From Eledone cirrhosa (taxonomy: Eukaryota), in the NCBI GenBank assembly GCA_964016885.1, contig OZ024748.1, positions 37,944,001 to 38,008,000 of the forward strand: a stretch of 64,000 bases of DNA. Reading direction: 5' to 3'. This document shows positions 1-15,000 of this stretch, in pieces. Positions within the stretch are counted from its first letter, which is position 1. The number at the start of each line of letters is the position of its first letter. A program made the position numbers and the translations under genes. Under the pieces are notes generated by a model, which saw only the letters and a program-made list of their open reading frames with translations, had not been told where the DNA came from and made no database searches.

Positions 1-3000
1 AAAATATAAAGAATGTTGCGAAGTAGGTAAGAGTGTTTATTAAAAAGAAGGAAAAATATAAAGAATGTTGCGAAGGAGGAAAGTGTTGTGATTAAAAAGA
101 AGAAAAAGTATAAAGAATGTTGCGAAGGAGGTAGTGTTGTGATTAAAAAGAAGGAAAAATGTAAAGAATGTTACGAAGGAGGTAAGTGTTGTGATTAAAA
201 AGAAGGATAAATATAAGGAAATTTACGAAGGAGGTAAGAGCGGTGATTAAAAAGAAGGAAAAATATAAAAATTGTTGCGAAGGAGGTAAGTGTTGTGATT
301 AAAAATAAGGAAAAATATAAAGAATGTTGCGAAGGAGGTAAGAGTTGTGATTAAAAACAAGGAATAATATAAAGAATGTTGCGAAGGAGGTAAGTGTTGT
401 GATTAAAAAGAAGGAAAAATATAAAGAATGTTGCGAAGGAGGTAAGTGTTGTGAATAAAAAGAAGGAAAAATATAAAGAAAGTCTTGTGATTAAAAAGAA
501 GTAAAAATATAAAAAATGTTGCGAAGGAGGTAAGCGTTGTGATTAAAAAGAAGGTAAAATATAAAGAATGTTGAGAAGGAGGTCAGTGTTGTGATTAAAA
601 GGAAGGGAAAATATAAAGAATGTTGCGAAGGAGGTAAGTGTTGTGATTAAAAAAAAGGAAAAATATACAGAATGTTGTGAAGGAGGTAAGTGTTGTGATT
701 AAAAAGAAGGAAAAATATAAAGAACGTTGCGAAGGAGGAAAGTGTTGTGATTAAAAAGAAGGATAAATATAAAGAATGTTGCGAAGGAGGTAATTGTTGC
801 ACTTAAAAAGAAAGACAAATATAAAGAATGTTGCGAAGGAGGTAAGAGTTGTGATTAAAAAGAAGGAAAATATAAAGAATGTTGCGAAGGAGGTAAGAGT
901 TGTGATTAAAAAGAAGGAAAAATATAAAGAAACTTACGAAGGAGGTAAGAGTTGTGATTAAAAAGAAGGAAAAATATAAAGAATGTTGCGAAGGAGGTAA
1001 GTATTGTGATTAAAAAGAAGGAAAAATATAAGGAATGTTACGAAGGTGGTAAGAGTGGTGATTAAAAAGAAGGAAAAATATAAAGAATATTGCGAAGGAG
1101 GTAAGTGTTGTGTTTAAAAAGAAGGAAAAATATAAAGTATGTTGTGTAAGAGGTAAGTCTTGTAATTAAAAAGAAGGAAAATTATAAAGAATGTTGCGAA
1201 GGAGGTAATTGTTACAATTAAAAAGAAAGACAAATATAAATAATGTTGTGAAGGAGGAAAGTGTTGTGATTAAAAAGAAGGAAAAATATAAAGAATGTTG
1301 CGAGGGAGGTAAGAGTGGTGATTAAAAAGAAGGAAAAATATAAAGAATATTGCGATGGAGGTAAGTGTTGTGTTTAAAAAAAAGGAAAAATATAAAGATG
1401 TTGCGAAAGAGGTAAGTGTTCTGATTAAAAAGAAGGAAAAATATAAAGAAATTTACGAAGGAGATAAGTGTTGTGATTAAAAAGAAGGAAAAATATAAAG
1501 AATATTGCGAAGGAGGGAAGTGTTGTGTTTAAAAAGAAGGAAAAATATAAAGATATTGCGAAAGAGGTAAGTGTTGTGATTAAAAAGAAGGAAAAATATA
1601 AAGAATGTTGCGAAGGAGCTCAGAGTGTTGATTAAAAAGAAGGAAAAATATAAAGAATTTTGCGAAGGAGGAAAGTGTTGTGATTAAAAAGAAGGAAAAA
1701 TATAAAGAATGTTGCGAAGGAGGTAAGAGTGGTGATAAAAAGAGGGAAAAATATAAAGAATGTTGCGAAGGAGGTAAGTGTTGTGATTAAAAAGAAGAAA
1801 AAATATAAAGAATGTTGCGAAGGGGGTAAGAGTTGTGATTAAAAAGAAAGAACATTATTTAGAATGTTGCGAAGGAGGTAAGTGTTGTGATTAAAAAGAA
1901 GGAAAAATATAAAGAATGTTGCGAAGGAGGTAAGAGTTGTGATTAAAAAGAAGGAAAAATATAAAAAATGTTGCGAAGGAGGTAAGAGTTGTGATTAAAA
2001 AGAAGGAAAAATATAAAGAATGTTGCGAAGGAGGTAAGTGTTGTGATTAAAAGGAAGGGAAAATATGAAAATGTTGCGAATGAGGAAAGAGTGGTGATTA
2101 AAAAGAAAGAAAAATATAAAGAATGTTGCGAAGGAGGAAAGAGTTGTGATTAAAAGAAGGACAAATATAAAGAATGTTGCGAAGGAGGTAAGTGTTGTGA
2201 TTAAAAGGATGGAAAAATATAAAGAATGTTGCGAAGGAGGTAATTGTTGCAATTAAAAAGAAAGACAAATATAAAGAATGTTGTGAAGGAGGAAAGTGTT
2301 GTGATTAAAAAGTAGGACAAATATAAAGAATATTGCGAAGGAGGTAAGTGTTGTGAATAAAAAGAAGGAAAAATATAAAGAATCCTACGAAGGAGGTAAG
2401 AGTTGTGTTTAAAAAGAAGGGAAAATATAAAGAATGTTGCGAAAGAGGTAATTGTTGTGATTAAAAAGAAGGAAAAATATAAAGAATGTTGCGAAGGAGG
2501 TAAGAGTGTTGATTAAAAAGAAGGAAAAACATAAAGAATGTTGCGAAGGAGGTAAGTGTTGTGATTAAAAAGAAGGAAAAATATAAAGAATGTTACGAAG
2601 GAGGTAAGAGTTGTGATTAAACAGAAGAAAAATATAAAGAATGTTGCGAAGGAGGTAAGTGTTGTCATTAAAAAGAAGGAAAAATATAAAGAATATTACG
2701 AAGGAGGTATGTGTTGTGATTAAAAAGAAGGCAAAATATAAAGAAATTTACGAAGGAGGTAAGAGTGGTGATTAAAAAGAAGGGAAAATATAAAGAAATT
2801 TACGAAGGAAGTAGGAGTGGTGATTAAAAAGAAGGAAAAATATAAAGAATATTGCGAAGGAAGTAAGTGTTGTGTTTAAAAAGAAGGAAAAATATAAAGA
2901 TGTCGCGAAAGAGGTAAGTGTTGTGATTAAAAAGAAGGAAAAATATAAAGAAATTTACGAAGGAGGTAAGTGTTGTGATTAAAAAGAAGGAAAAATATAA

Positions 3001-6000
3001 AGAATATTGCGAAGGAGGTAAGTGCTGTGTTTAAAAAGAAGGAAAAATATAAAAAAATGTTGCGAAGGAGGTAAGAGTTGTGATTAAAAAGAAGGAAAAA
3101 TATAAAGAATGTTGCGAAGGAGGTAAGTGTTTTGATTAAAAGGAAGGGAAAATATGATAATGTTGCGAAGGAGGAAAGAGTGGTGATTAAAAAGAAGGGA
3201 AAATATAAAGAATGTTGCGAAAGAGGTAATTGTTGTGATTAAAAAGAAGGAAAAATATAAAGAATGTTGCGAAGGAGGTAAGAGTGTTGATTAAAAAGAA
3301 GGAAAAACATAAAGAATGTTGCGAAGGAGGTAAGTGTTGTGATTAAAAAGAAGGAAAAATATAAAGAATGTTACGAAGGAGCTAAGAGTTGTGATTAAAC
3401 AGAAGAAAAATATATAGAATGTTGCGAAGGAGGTAAGTGTTGTCATTAAAAAGAAGGAAAAATATAAAGAATATTACGAAGGAGGTAAGTGTTGTGATTA
3501 AAAAGAAGGAAAAATATAAAGAAATTTACGAAGGAGGTAAGAGTGGTGATTAAAAAGAAGGGAAAATATAAAGAAATTTACGAAGGAAGTAAGAGTGGTG
3601 ATTAAAAAAGAGGAAAAATATAAAGAATGTTGCGAAGGAGGTAAGAGTGGTGATTAAAAAGGAGGAAAAATATAAAGAATGTTGCGAAGGAGGTAAATGT
3701 TGTGATTAAAAAGAAGGAAAAATATAAAGAATGTTGAGAAGGAGGTAAGAGTGTTGATTAAAAAGGAGGAAAAATATAAAGAATGTTGCGAAGGAGGTAA
3801 GAGTTGTGATTAAAAAGAAAGAAAATTATTTAGAATGTTGCGAAGGACGTAAGTGTTGTGATTAAAAAGAAGGAAAAATATAAAGAATGTTGCGAAGGAG
3901 GTAAGAGTTGTGATTAAAAAGAAGGAAAAATATAAAAAATGTTGCGAAGGAGGTAACTGTTGTGATTAAAAGGAAGGGAAAATATAAAGAATATTGCGAA
4001 GGAGGTAAGTGTTGTGATTAAAAGGAAGGGAAAATATGAAAATGTTGCGAAGGAGGAAAGAGTGGTGATTAAAAAGAAGGAAAAATATAAAGAATGTTAC
4101 GAAGGAGGTAAGAGTTGTGATTAAACAGAAGAAAAATATAAAGAATGTTGCGAAGGAGGTAAGTGTTGTCATTAAAAAGAAGGAAAAATATAAAGAATAT
4201 TACGAAGGAGGTATGTGTTGTGATTAAAAAGAAGGAAAAATATAAAGAAAGTTGCGAAGAAGGTAAGAGTTGTGATTAAAAAGAAGGAAAAATATAAAGA
4301 AACTTACTAAGGAAGTAAGAGTTGTGATTAAAAAGAAGGAAAAATATAAAGAATATTGCAAAGTAGGTAAGTGTTGTGTTTAAAAAGAAGGAAAAATATA
4401 AAGATGTTGTGAAAGAGGTAAGTGTTGTGATTAAAAAGAAGGAAAAATATAAAGATTGTTGCGATGGAGGTAAGAGTGGTGATTAAAAAGAAGGAAAAAT
4501 ATAAAGAATGTTGCGAAGGAGGTAACTGTTGTGATTAAAAAGAAGGAAAAAATATAAAAAATGTTGCGAAGGAGGTAAGTGTTGTGATTAAAAGGAAGGG
4601 AAAATATGAAAATGTTGCGAATGGGGAAAGAGTGGTGATTAAAAAGAAAGAAAAATATAAAGAATGTTGCGAAGGAGGAAAGTGTTGTGATTAAAAGAAG
4701 GACTAATATAAAGAATGTTGCGAAGGAGGTAAGTGTTGTGATTAAAAGGAAGGAAAAATATAAAGAATGTTGCGAAGGAGGTAATTGTTGCAATTAAAAG
4801 TAAAGACAAATATAAAGAATGTTGTGAAGGAGGAAAGTGTTGTGATTAAAAAGAAGGACAAATATAAAGAATATTGCGAAGGAGGTAAGTGTTATGATTA
4901 AAAAGAAGGAAAAATATAAAGAATCCTACGAAGGAGGTAAGAGTGGTGATTAAAAAGAAGGAAAAATATAAAGAATGTTGCGAAGGAGGTAAGTGTTGTG
5001 ATTAAAAATAACGAAAAATATATAGAATGTTGCAAAGGAGGTAATAGTGGTGATTAAAAAGAATGAAAAATAGAAAGAATGTTGCGAAGGAGGTAGGTGT
5101 TGTGATTAAAAGGAAGGGAAAATATGAAGAATGTTGCGAAGGAGGTAAGAGTTGAGATTATAAAGAAGGAAAAATATAAAGAATGGTGCGAAAGAGGTAA
5201 GTGTTGTGACTAAAAAGAAGTAAAAATATAAAGAATGTTGCGAAGGATGTAAGGGTTGTGATTAAAAGGAAGGTAATATATAAAGAATGTTGCGATGGAG
5301 GAAAGTGTTGTGATTAAAAAGAATGACAAATATAAAGAATATTGCAAAGGAGGTAAGTGTTGTGATTAAATGGAAGGAAAAATATAAAGAATGTTGCGAA
5401 GGAGGTAATTGTTGCAATTAAAAAGAAAAGCAAATATAAAGAATGTTGCGAAGGAGGTAAGTGTTGTGATTAAAAAGAAGGAAAAATATCAAGAATGTTG
5501 CGAAGGAGGTAAGAGTTGTGATTAAAAAGAAGGAATATTATAAAAAATGTTACGAAGGAGATAAGAGTTGTGATTAAAAAGAAGGAAAAATATAAAGAAT
5601 TTGGCGAAGGAGGTAAGTGTTGTGATTAAAAAGAAGGAAAAATATAAAGATTGTTACGAAGTAGGTAAGTGTTGTGATTAAAAAGAAGGAAAAATATAAG
5701 GAAATTTACGAAGGAAGTAAGAGTTGTGTTTAAAAAGAAGGAAAAATATAAAGATATTGCGAAAGAGGTAAGTGTTGTGATTAAAAAGAAGGAAAAATAT
5801 AAAGAATGTTGCAAAGGAGGTCAGAGTTGTGATTAAACAGAAGGAAAAATATAAAGAATGTTGCGAAGGAGGTAAGTGTTGTGATTAAAAAGAAGGAAAA
5901 ATATAAAGAATGTTACGAAGGAGGTAAGTGTTGTGATTAAAAAGAAGGAAAAATATAAAGAAATTTATGAAGGAGGTAAGAGTGGTGATTAAAAAGAAGG

Positions 6001-9000
6001 GAAAATATAAAGAATATTGCGAAGGAGGTAAGTGTTGTGTTTAAAAAGAAGGAAAAATATAAAGAAATTTACGAAGGAAGTAAGAGTGGTGATTAAAAAG
6101 AAGGAAAAATATAAAGAATATTGCGAAGGAGGTAAGAGTTGTGATTAAAAAGAAGGAAAAATATAAAGAGTGTTGCGAAGGAGGTAAGTGTTGTGATTAA
6201 AAGGAAGGGAAAATATGAAAATGTTGCGAATGAGGAAAGAGTGGTGATTAAAAAGAAAGAAAAATATAAAGAATGTTGCGAAGGAGGAAAGAGTTGTGAT
6301 TAAAAAGAAGGACAAATATAAAGAATGTTGCGAAGGAGGTAAGTGTTGTGATTAAAAGGAAGGAAAAATATAAAGAATGTTGCGAAGGAGGTAATTGTTG
6401 CAATTAAAAAGAAAGACAAATATAAAGAATGTTGTGAAGGAGGAAAGTGTTGTGATTAAAAAGAAGGACAAATATAAAGAATATTGCGAAGGAGGTAAGT
6501 GTTGTGAATAAAAAGAAGGAAAAATATAAAGAATCCTACGAAGGAGGTAAGAGTTGTGTTTAAAAAGAAGGGAAAATATAAAGAATGTTGCGAAAGAGGT
6601 AATTGTTGTGATTAAAAAGAAGGAAAAATATAAAGAATGTTGCGAAGGAGGTAAGAGTGTTGATTAAAAAGAAGGAAAAACATAAAGAATGTTGCGAAGG
6701 AGGTAAGTGTTGTGATTAAAAAGAAGGAAAAATATAAAGAATGTTACGAAGGAGGTAAGAGTTGTGATTAAACAGAAGAAAAATATAAAGAATGTTGCGA
6801 AGGAGGTAAGTGTTGTCATTAAAAAGAAGGAAAAATATAAAGAATATTACGAAGGAGGTATGTGTTGTGATTAAAAAGAAGGAAAAATATAAAGAAATTT
6901 ACGAAGGAGGTAAGAGTGGTGATTAAAAAGAAGGGAAAATATAAAGAAATTTACGAAGGAAGTAGGAGTGGTGATTAAAAAGAAGGAAAAATATAAAGAA
7001 TATTGCGAAGGAAGTAAGTGTTGTGTTTAAAAAGAAGGAAAAATATAAAGATGTCGCGAAAGAGGTAAGTGTTGTGATTAAAAAGAAGGAAAAATATAAA
7101 GAAATTTACGAAGGAGGTAAGTGTTGTGATTAAAAAGAAGGAAAAATATAAAGAATATTGCGAAGGAGGTAAGTGCTGTGTTTAAAAAGAAGGAAAAATA
7201 TAAAAAAATGTTGCGAAGGAGGTAAGAGTTGTGATTAAAAAGAAGGAAAAATATAAAGAATGTTGCGAAGGAGGTAAGTGTTTTGATTAAAAGGAAGGGA
7301 AAATATGATAATGTTGCGAAGGAGGAAAGAGTGGTGATTAAAAAGAAGGGAAAATATAAAGAATGTTGCGAAAGAGGTAATTGTTGTGATTAAAAAGAAG
7401 GAAAAATATAAAGAATGTTGCGAAGGAGGTAAGAGTGTTGATTAAAAAGAAGGAAAAACATAAAGAATGTTGCGAAGGAGGTAAGTGTTGTGATTAAAAA
7501 GAAGGAAAAATATAAAGAATGTTACGAAGGAGCTAAGAGTTGTGATTAAACAGAAGAAAAATATATAGAATGTTGCGAAGGAGGTAAGTGTTGTCATTAA
7601 AAAGAAGGAAAAATATAAAGAATATTACGAAGGAGGTAAGTGTTGAGATTAAAAAGAAGGAAAAATATAAATAAATTTACGAAGGAGGTAAGAGTGGTGA
7701 TTAAAAAGAAGGGAAAATATAAAGAAATTTACGAAGGAAGTAAGAGTGGTGATTAAAAAGAAGGAAAAATATAAAGAATATTGCGAAGGCGGTAAGAGTG
7801 GTGATTAAAAAAGAGGAAAAATATAAAGAATGTTGCGAAGGAGGTAAGAGTGGTGATTAAAAAGGAGGAAAAATATAAAGAATGTTGCGAAGGAGGTAAA
7901 TGTTGTGATTAAAAAGAAGGAAAAATATAAAGAATGTTGAGAAGGAGGTAAGAGTGTTGATTAAAAAGGAGGAAAAATATAAAGAATGTTGCGAAGGAGG
8001 TAAGAGTTGTGATTAAAAAGAAAGAAAATTATTTAGAATGTTGCGAAGGACGTAAGTGTTGTGATTAAAAAGAAGGAAAAATATAAAGAATGTTGCGAAG
8101 GAGGTAAGAGTTGTGATTAAAAAGAAGGAAAAATATAAAAAATGTTGCGAAGGAGGTAAGTGTTGTGATTAAAAGGAAGGGAAAATATGAAAATGTTGCG
8201 AAGGAGGAAAGAGTGGTGATTAAAAAGAAGGAAAAATATAAAGAATGTTACGAAGGAGGTAAGAGTTGTGATTAAACAGAAGAAAAATATAAAGAATGTT
8301 GCGAAGGAGGTAAGTGTTGTCATTAAAAAGAAGGAAAAATATAAAGAATATTACGAAGGAGGTATGTGTTGTGATTAAAAAGAAGGAAAAATATAAAGAA
8401 AGTTGCGAAGAAGGTAAGTGTTGTGATTAAAAAGAGGGAAAAATATAAAGAATGTTGCGAAGAAGGTAAGAGTTGTGATTAAAAAGAAGGAAAAATATAA
8501 AGAAACTTACTAAGGAAGTAAGAGTTGTGATTAAAAAGAAGGAAAAATATAAAGAATATTGCAAAGTAGGTAAGTGTTGTGTTTAAAAAGAAGGAAAAAT
8601 ATAAAGATGTTGTGAAAGAGGTAAGTGTTGTGATTAAAAAGAAGGAAAAATATAAAGATTGTTGCGATGGAGGTAAGAGTGGTGATTAAAAAGAAGGAAA
8701 AATATAAAGAATGTTGCGAAGGAGGTAACTGTTGTGATTAAAAAGAAGGAAAAAATATAAAGAATGTTGCGAAGGAGGTAAGTGTTGTGATTAAAAGGAA
8801 GGGAAAATATGAAAATGTTGCGAATGGGGAAAGAGTGGTGATTAAAAAGAAAGAAAAATATAAAGAATGTTGCGAAGGAGGAAAGTGTTGTGATTAAAAG
8901 AAGGACTAATATAAAGAATGTTGCGAAGGAGGTAAGTGTTGTGATTAAAAGGAAGGAAAAATATAAAGAATGTTGCGAAGGAGGTAATTGTTGCAATTAA

Positions 9001-12000
9001 AAGTAAAGACAAATATAAAGAATGTTGTGAAGGAGGAAAGTGTTGTGATTAAAAAGAAGGACAAATATAAAGAATATTGCGAAGGAGGTAAGTGTTATGA
9101 TTAAAAAGAAGGAAAAATATAAAGAATCCTACGAAGGAGGTAAGAGTGGTGATTAAAAAGAAGGAAAAATATAAAGAATGTTGCGAAGGAGGTAAGTGTT
9201 GTGATTAAAAATAACGAAAAATATAAAGAATGTTGCAAAGGAGGTAATAGTGGTGATTAAAAAGAATGAAAAATAGAAAGAATGTTGCGAAGGAGGTAGG
9301 TGTTGTGATTAAAAGGAAGGGAAAATATGAAGAATGTTGCGAAGGAGGTAAGAGTTGAGATTATAAAGAAGGAAAAATATAAAGAATGGTGCGAAAGAGG
9401 TAAGTGTTGTGACTAAAAAGAAGTAAAAATATAAAGAATGTTGCGAAGGATGTAAGGGTTGTGATTAAAAGGAAGGTAATATATAAAGAATGTTGCGATG
9501 GAGGAAAGTGTTGTGATTAAAAAGAATGACAAATATAAAGAATATTGCAAAGGAGGTAAGTGTTGTGATTAAAAAGAAGGAAAAATATCAAGAATGTTGC
9601 GAAGGAGGTAAGAGTTGTGATTAAAAAGAAGGAATATTATAAAAAATGTTACGAAGGAGATAAGAGTTGTGATTAAAAAGAAGGAAAAATATAAAGAATT
9701 TGGCGAAGGAGGTAAGTGTTGTGATTAAAAAGAAGGAAAAATATAAAGATTGTTACGAAGTAGGTAAGTGTTGTGATTAAAAAGAAGGAAAAATATAAGG
9801 AAATTTACGAAGGAAGTAAGAGTTGTGTTTAAAAAGAAGGAAAAATATAAAGATATTGCGAAAGAGGTAAGTGTTGTGATTAAAAAGAAGGAAAAATATA
9901 AAGAATGTTGCAAAGGAGGTCAGAGTTGTGATTAAACAGAAGGAAAAATATAAAGAATGTTGCGAAGGAGGTAAGTGTTGTGATTAAAAAGAAGGAAAAA
10001 TATAAAGAATGTTACGAAGGAGGTAAGTGTTGTGATTAAAAAGAAGGAAAAATATAAAGAAATTTATGAAGGAGGTAAGAGTGGTGATTAAAAAGAAGGG
10101 AAAATATAAAGAATATTGCGAAGGAGGTAAGTGTTGTGTTTAAAAAGAAGGAAAAATATAAAGAAATTTACGAAGGAAGTAAGAGTGGTGATTAAAAAGA
10201 AGGAAAAATATAAAGAATATTGCGAAGGAGGTAAGAGTTGTGATTAAAAAGAAGGAAAAATATAAAGAGTGTTGCGAAGGAGGTAAGTGTTGTGATTAAA
10301 AGGAAGGGAAAATATGAAAATGTTGCGAATGAGGAAAGAGTGGTGATTAAAAAGAAAGAAAAATATAAAGAATGTTGCGAAGGAGGAAAGAGTTGTGATT
10401 AAAAGAAGGACAAATATAAAGAATGTTGCGAAGGAGGTAAGTGTTGTGATTAAAAGGAAGGAAAAATATAAAGAATGTTGCGAAGGAGGTAATTGTTGCA
10501 ATTAAAAAGAAAGACAAATATAAAGAATGTTGTGAAGGAGGAAAGTGTTGTGATTAAAAAGAAGGACAAATATAAAGAATATTGCGAAGGAGGTAAGTGT
10601 TGTGAATAAAAAGAAGGAAAAATATAAAGAATCCTACGAAGGAGGTAAGAGTTGTGTTTAAAAAGAAGGGAAAATATAAAGAATGTTGCGAAAGAGGTAA
10701 TTGTTGTGATTAAAAAGAAGGAAAAATATAAAGAATGTTGCGAAGGAGGTAAGAGTGTTGATTAAAAAGAAGGAAAAACATAAAGAATGTTGCGAAGGAG
10801 GTAAGTGTTGTGATTAAAAAGAAGGAAAAATATAAAGAATGTTACGAAGGAGGTAAGAGTTGTGATTAAACAGAAGAAAAATATAAAGAATGTTGCGAAG
10901 GAGGTAAGTGTTGTCATTAAAAAGAAGGAAAAATATAAAGAATATTACGAAGGAGGTATGTGTTGTGATTAAAAAGAAGGAAAAATATAAAGAAATTTAC
11001 GAAGGAGGTAAGAGTGGTGATTAAAAAGAAGGGAAAATATAAAGAAATTTACGAAGGAAGTAAGAGTGGTGATTAAAAAGAAGGAAAAATATAAAGAATA
11101 TTGCGAAGGCGGTAAGAGTGGTGATTAAAAAAGAGGAAAAATATAAAGAATATTGCGAAGGAGGTAAGTGCTGTGTTTAAAAAGAAGGAAAAATATAAAA
11201 AAATGTTGCGAAGGAGGTAAGAGTTGTGATTAAAAAGAAGGAAAAATATAAAGAATGTTGCGAAGGAGGTAAGTGTTTTGATTAAAAGGAAGGGAAAATA
11301 TGATAATGTTGCGAAGGAGGAAAGAGTGGTGATTAAAAAGAAGGGAAAATATAAAGAATGTTGCGAAAGAGGTAATTGTTGTGATTAAAAAGAAGGAAAA
11401 ATATAAAGAATGTTGCGAAGGAGGTAAGTGTTGTGATTAAAAATAACGAAAAATATAAAGAATGTTGCAAAGGAGGTAATAGTGGTGATTAAAAAGAATG
11501 AAAAATAGAAAGAATGTTGCGAAGGAGGTAGGTGTTGTGATTAAAAGGAAGGGAAAATATGAAGAATGTTGCGAAGGAGGTAAGAGTTGAGATTATAAAG
11601 AAGGAAAAATATAAAGAATGGTGCGAAAGAGGTAAGTGTTGTGACTAAAAAGAAGTAAAAATATAAAGAATGTTGCGAAGGATGTAAGGGTTGTGATTAA
11701 AAGGAAGGTAATATATAAAGAATGTTGCGATGGAGGAAAGTGTTGTGATTAAAAAGAATGACAAATATAAAGAATATTGCAAAGGAGGTAAGTGTTGTGA
11801 TTAAATGGAAGGAAAAATATAAAGAATGTTGCGAAGGAGGTAATTGTTGCAATTAAAAAGAAAAGCAAATATAAAGAATGTTGCGAAGGAGGTAAGTGTT
11901 GTGATTAAAAAGAAGGAAAAATATCAAGAATGTTGCGAAGGAGGTAAGAGTTGTGATTAAAAAGAAGGAATATTATAAAAAATGTTACGAAGGAGATAAG

Positions 12001-15000
12001 AGTTGTGATTAAAAAGAAGGAAAAATATAAAGAATTTGGCGAAGGAGGTAAGTGTTGTGATTAAAAAGAAGGAAAAATATAAAGATTGTTACGAAGTAGG
12101 TAAGTGTTGTGATTAAAAAGAAGGAAAAATATAAGGAAATTTACGAAGGAAGTAAGAGTTGTGTTTAAAAAGAAGGAAAAATATAAAGATATTGCGAAAG
12201 AGGTAAGTGTTGTGATTAAAAAGAAGGAAAAATATAAAGAATGTTGCAAAGGAGGTCAGAGTTGTGATTAAACAGAAGGAAAAATATAAAGAATGTTGCG
12301 AAGGAGGTAAGTGTTGTGATTAAAAAGAAGGAAAAATATAAAGAATGTTACGAAGGAGGTAAGTGTTGTGATTAAAAAGAAGGAAAAATATAAAGAAATT
12401 TATGAAGGAGGTAAGAGTGGTGATTAAAAAGAAGGGAAAATATAAAGAATATTGCGAAGGAGGTAAGTGTTGTGTTTAAAAAGAAGGAAAAATATAAAGA
12501 AATTTACGAAGGAAGTAAGAGTGGTGATTAAAAAGAAGGAAAAATATAAAGAATATTGCAAAGTAGGTAAGTGTTGTGTTTAAAAAGAAGGAAAAATATA
12601 AAGAATGTTGCGAAGGTGGTAAGTGTTGTGATTAAAAAGAAGGAAAAATATAAAGAATGTTGTGAAGGAGGTAAGTGTTGTGATTAAAAAGAAGGAAAAA
12701 TATAAAGAATGTTGCGAAGGAGGTAAGAGTTGTGATTAAAAGAAGGAAAATATAATGAATGTTGCGAAGGAGCTAAGAGTTGTGATTAAAAAGAAGGAAA
12801 AATATACAGAAACTTACGAAGGAGGTAAGAGTTGTGATTAAACAGAAGGAAAAATATAAAGAATGTTGCGAAGGAGGAAAGAGTGTTGATTAAAAGAAAG
12901 AAAAATATAAAGTATGTTGCGAAGAAGGTAATTGTTGCAATTAAAAAGAAAAACAAATATAAAGAATGTTGCGAAGGAGGTAAGAGTTGTGATTAAAAGA
13001 AGGAAAATATAATGAATGTTGCGAAGGAGGTAAGAGTTGTGATTAAAAAGAAGGAAAAATATACAGAAACTTACGAAGGAGGTAAGTGTTGTGATTAAAA
13101 AGAATGACAAATATAAAGAATATTGCGAAGGAGGTAAGTGTTGTGATTAAATTGAAGGAAAAATATAAAGAATGTTGCGAAGGAGGTAATTGTTGCAATT
13201 AAAAAGAAAAACAAATATAAAGAATGTTGCGAACGAGGTAAGTGTTGTGATTAAAAAGAAGGAAAAATATAAAGAATCCTACGAAGGAGGTAAGAGTTGT
13301 GTTTAAAAAGAAGGAAAAATATAAAGAATGTTGCGAAGGAGGTAAGAGTGGTGATTAAAAAGGAGGAAAAATATAAAGAATGTTGCGAAGGAGGTAAATG
13401 TTGTGATTAAAAAGAAGGAAAAATATAAAGAATGTTGAGAAGGAGGTAAGAGTGTTGATTAAAAAGGAGGAAAAATATAAAGAATGTTGCGAAGGAGGTA
13501 AGAGTTGTGATTAAAAAGAAAGAAAATTATTTAGAATGTTGCGAAGGACGTAAGTGTTGTGATTAAAAAGAAGGAAAAATATAAAGAATGTTGCGAAGGA
13601 GGTAAGAGTTGTGATTAAAAAGAAGGAAAAATATAAAAAATGTTGCGAAGGAGGTAAGTGTTGTGATTAAAAGGAAGGGAAAATATGAAAATGTTGCGAA
13701 GGAGGAAAGAGTGGTGATTAAAAAGAAGGAAAAATATAAAGAATGTTACGAAGGAGGTAAGAGTTGTGATTAAACAGAAGAAAAATATAAAGAATGTTGC
13801 GAAGGAGGTAAGTGTTGTCATTAAAAAGAAGGAAAAATATAAAGAATATTACGAAGGAGGTATGTGTTGTGATTAAAAAGAAGGAAAAATATAAAGAAAG
13901 TTGCGAAGAAGGTAAGTGTTGTGATTAAAAAGAGGGAAAAATATAAAGAATGTTGCGAAGAAGGTAAGAGTTGTGATTAAAAAGAAGGAAAAATATAAAG
14001 AAACTTACTAAGGAAGTAAGAGTTGTGATTAAAAAGAAGGAAAAATATAAAGAATATTGCAAAGTAGGTAAGTGTTGTGTTTAAAAAGAAGGAAAAATAT
14101 AAAGATGTTGCGAAAGGGGTAAGTGTTGTGATTAAAAAGAAGGAAAAATATAAAGATTGTTGCGATGGAGGTAAGAGTGGTGATTAAAAAGAAGGAAAAA
14201 TATAAAGAATGTTGCGAAGGAGGTAACTGTTGTGATTAAAAAGAAGGAAAAAATATAAAGAATGTTGCGAAGGAGGTAAGTGTTGTGATTAAAAGGAAGG
14301 GAAAATATGAAAATGTTGCGAATGGGGAAAGAGTGGTGATTAAAAAGAAAGAAAAATATAAAGAATGTTGCGAAGGAGGAAAGTGTTGTGATTAAAAGAA
14401 GGACTAATATAAAGAATGTTGCGAAGGAGGTAAGTGTTGTGATTAAAAGGAAGGAAAAATATAAAGAATGTTGCGAAGGAGGTAATTGTTGCAATTAAAA
14501 GTAAAGACAAATATAAAGAATGTTGTGAAGGAGGAAAGTGTTGTGATTAAAAAGAAGGACAAATATAAAGAATATTGCGAAGGAGGTAAGTGTTATGATT
14601 AAAAAGAAGGAAAAATATAAAGAATCCTACGAAGGAGGTAAGAGTGGTGATTAAAAAGAAGGAAAAATATAAAGAATGTTGCGAAGGAGGTAAGTGTTGT
14701 GATTAAAAATAACGAAAAATATAAAGAATGTTGCAAAGGAGGTAATAGTGGTGATTAAAAAGAATGAAAAATAGAAAGAATGTTGCGAAGGAGGTAGGTG
14801 TTGTGATTAAAAGGAAGGGAAAATATGAAGAATGTTGCGAAGGAGGTAAGAGTTGAGATTAAAAAGAAGGAAAAATATAAAGAATGGTGCGAAAGAGGTA
14901 AGTGTTGTGACTAAAAAGAAGTAAAAATATAAAGAATGTTGCGAAGGATGTAAGGGTTGTGATTAAAAGGAAGGTAATATATAAAGAATGTTGCGATGGA

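Noticed and set aside
471-490. Monomer lacking ~16 nt (TGTTGCGAAGGAGGTA)
   Set aside because: Single local deletion with no further structure.
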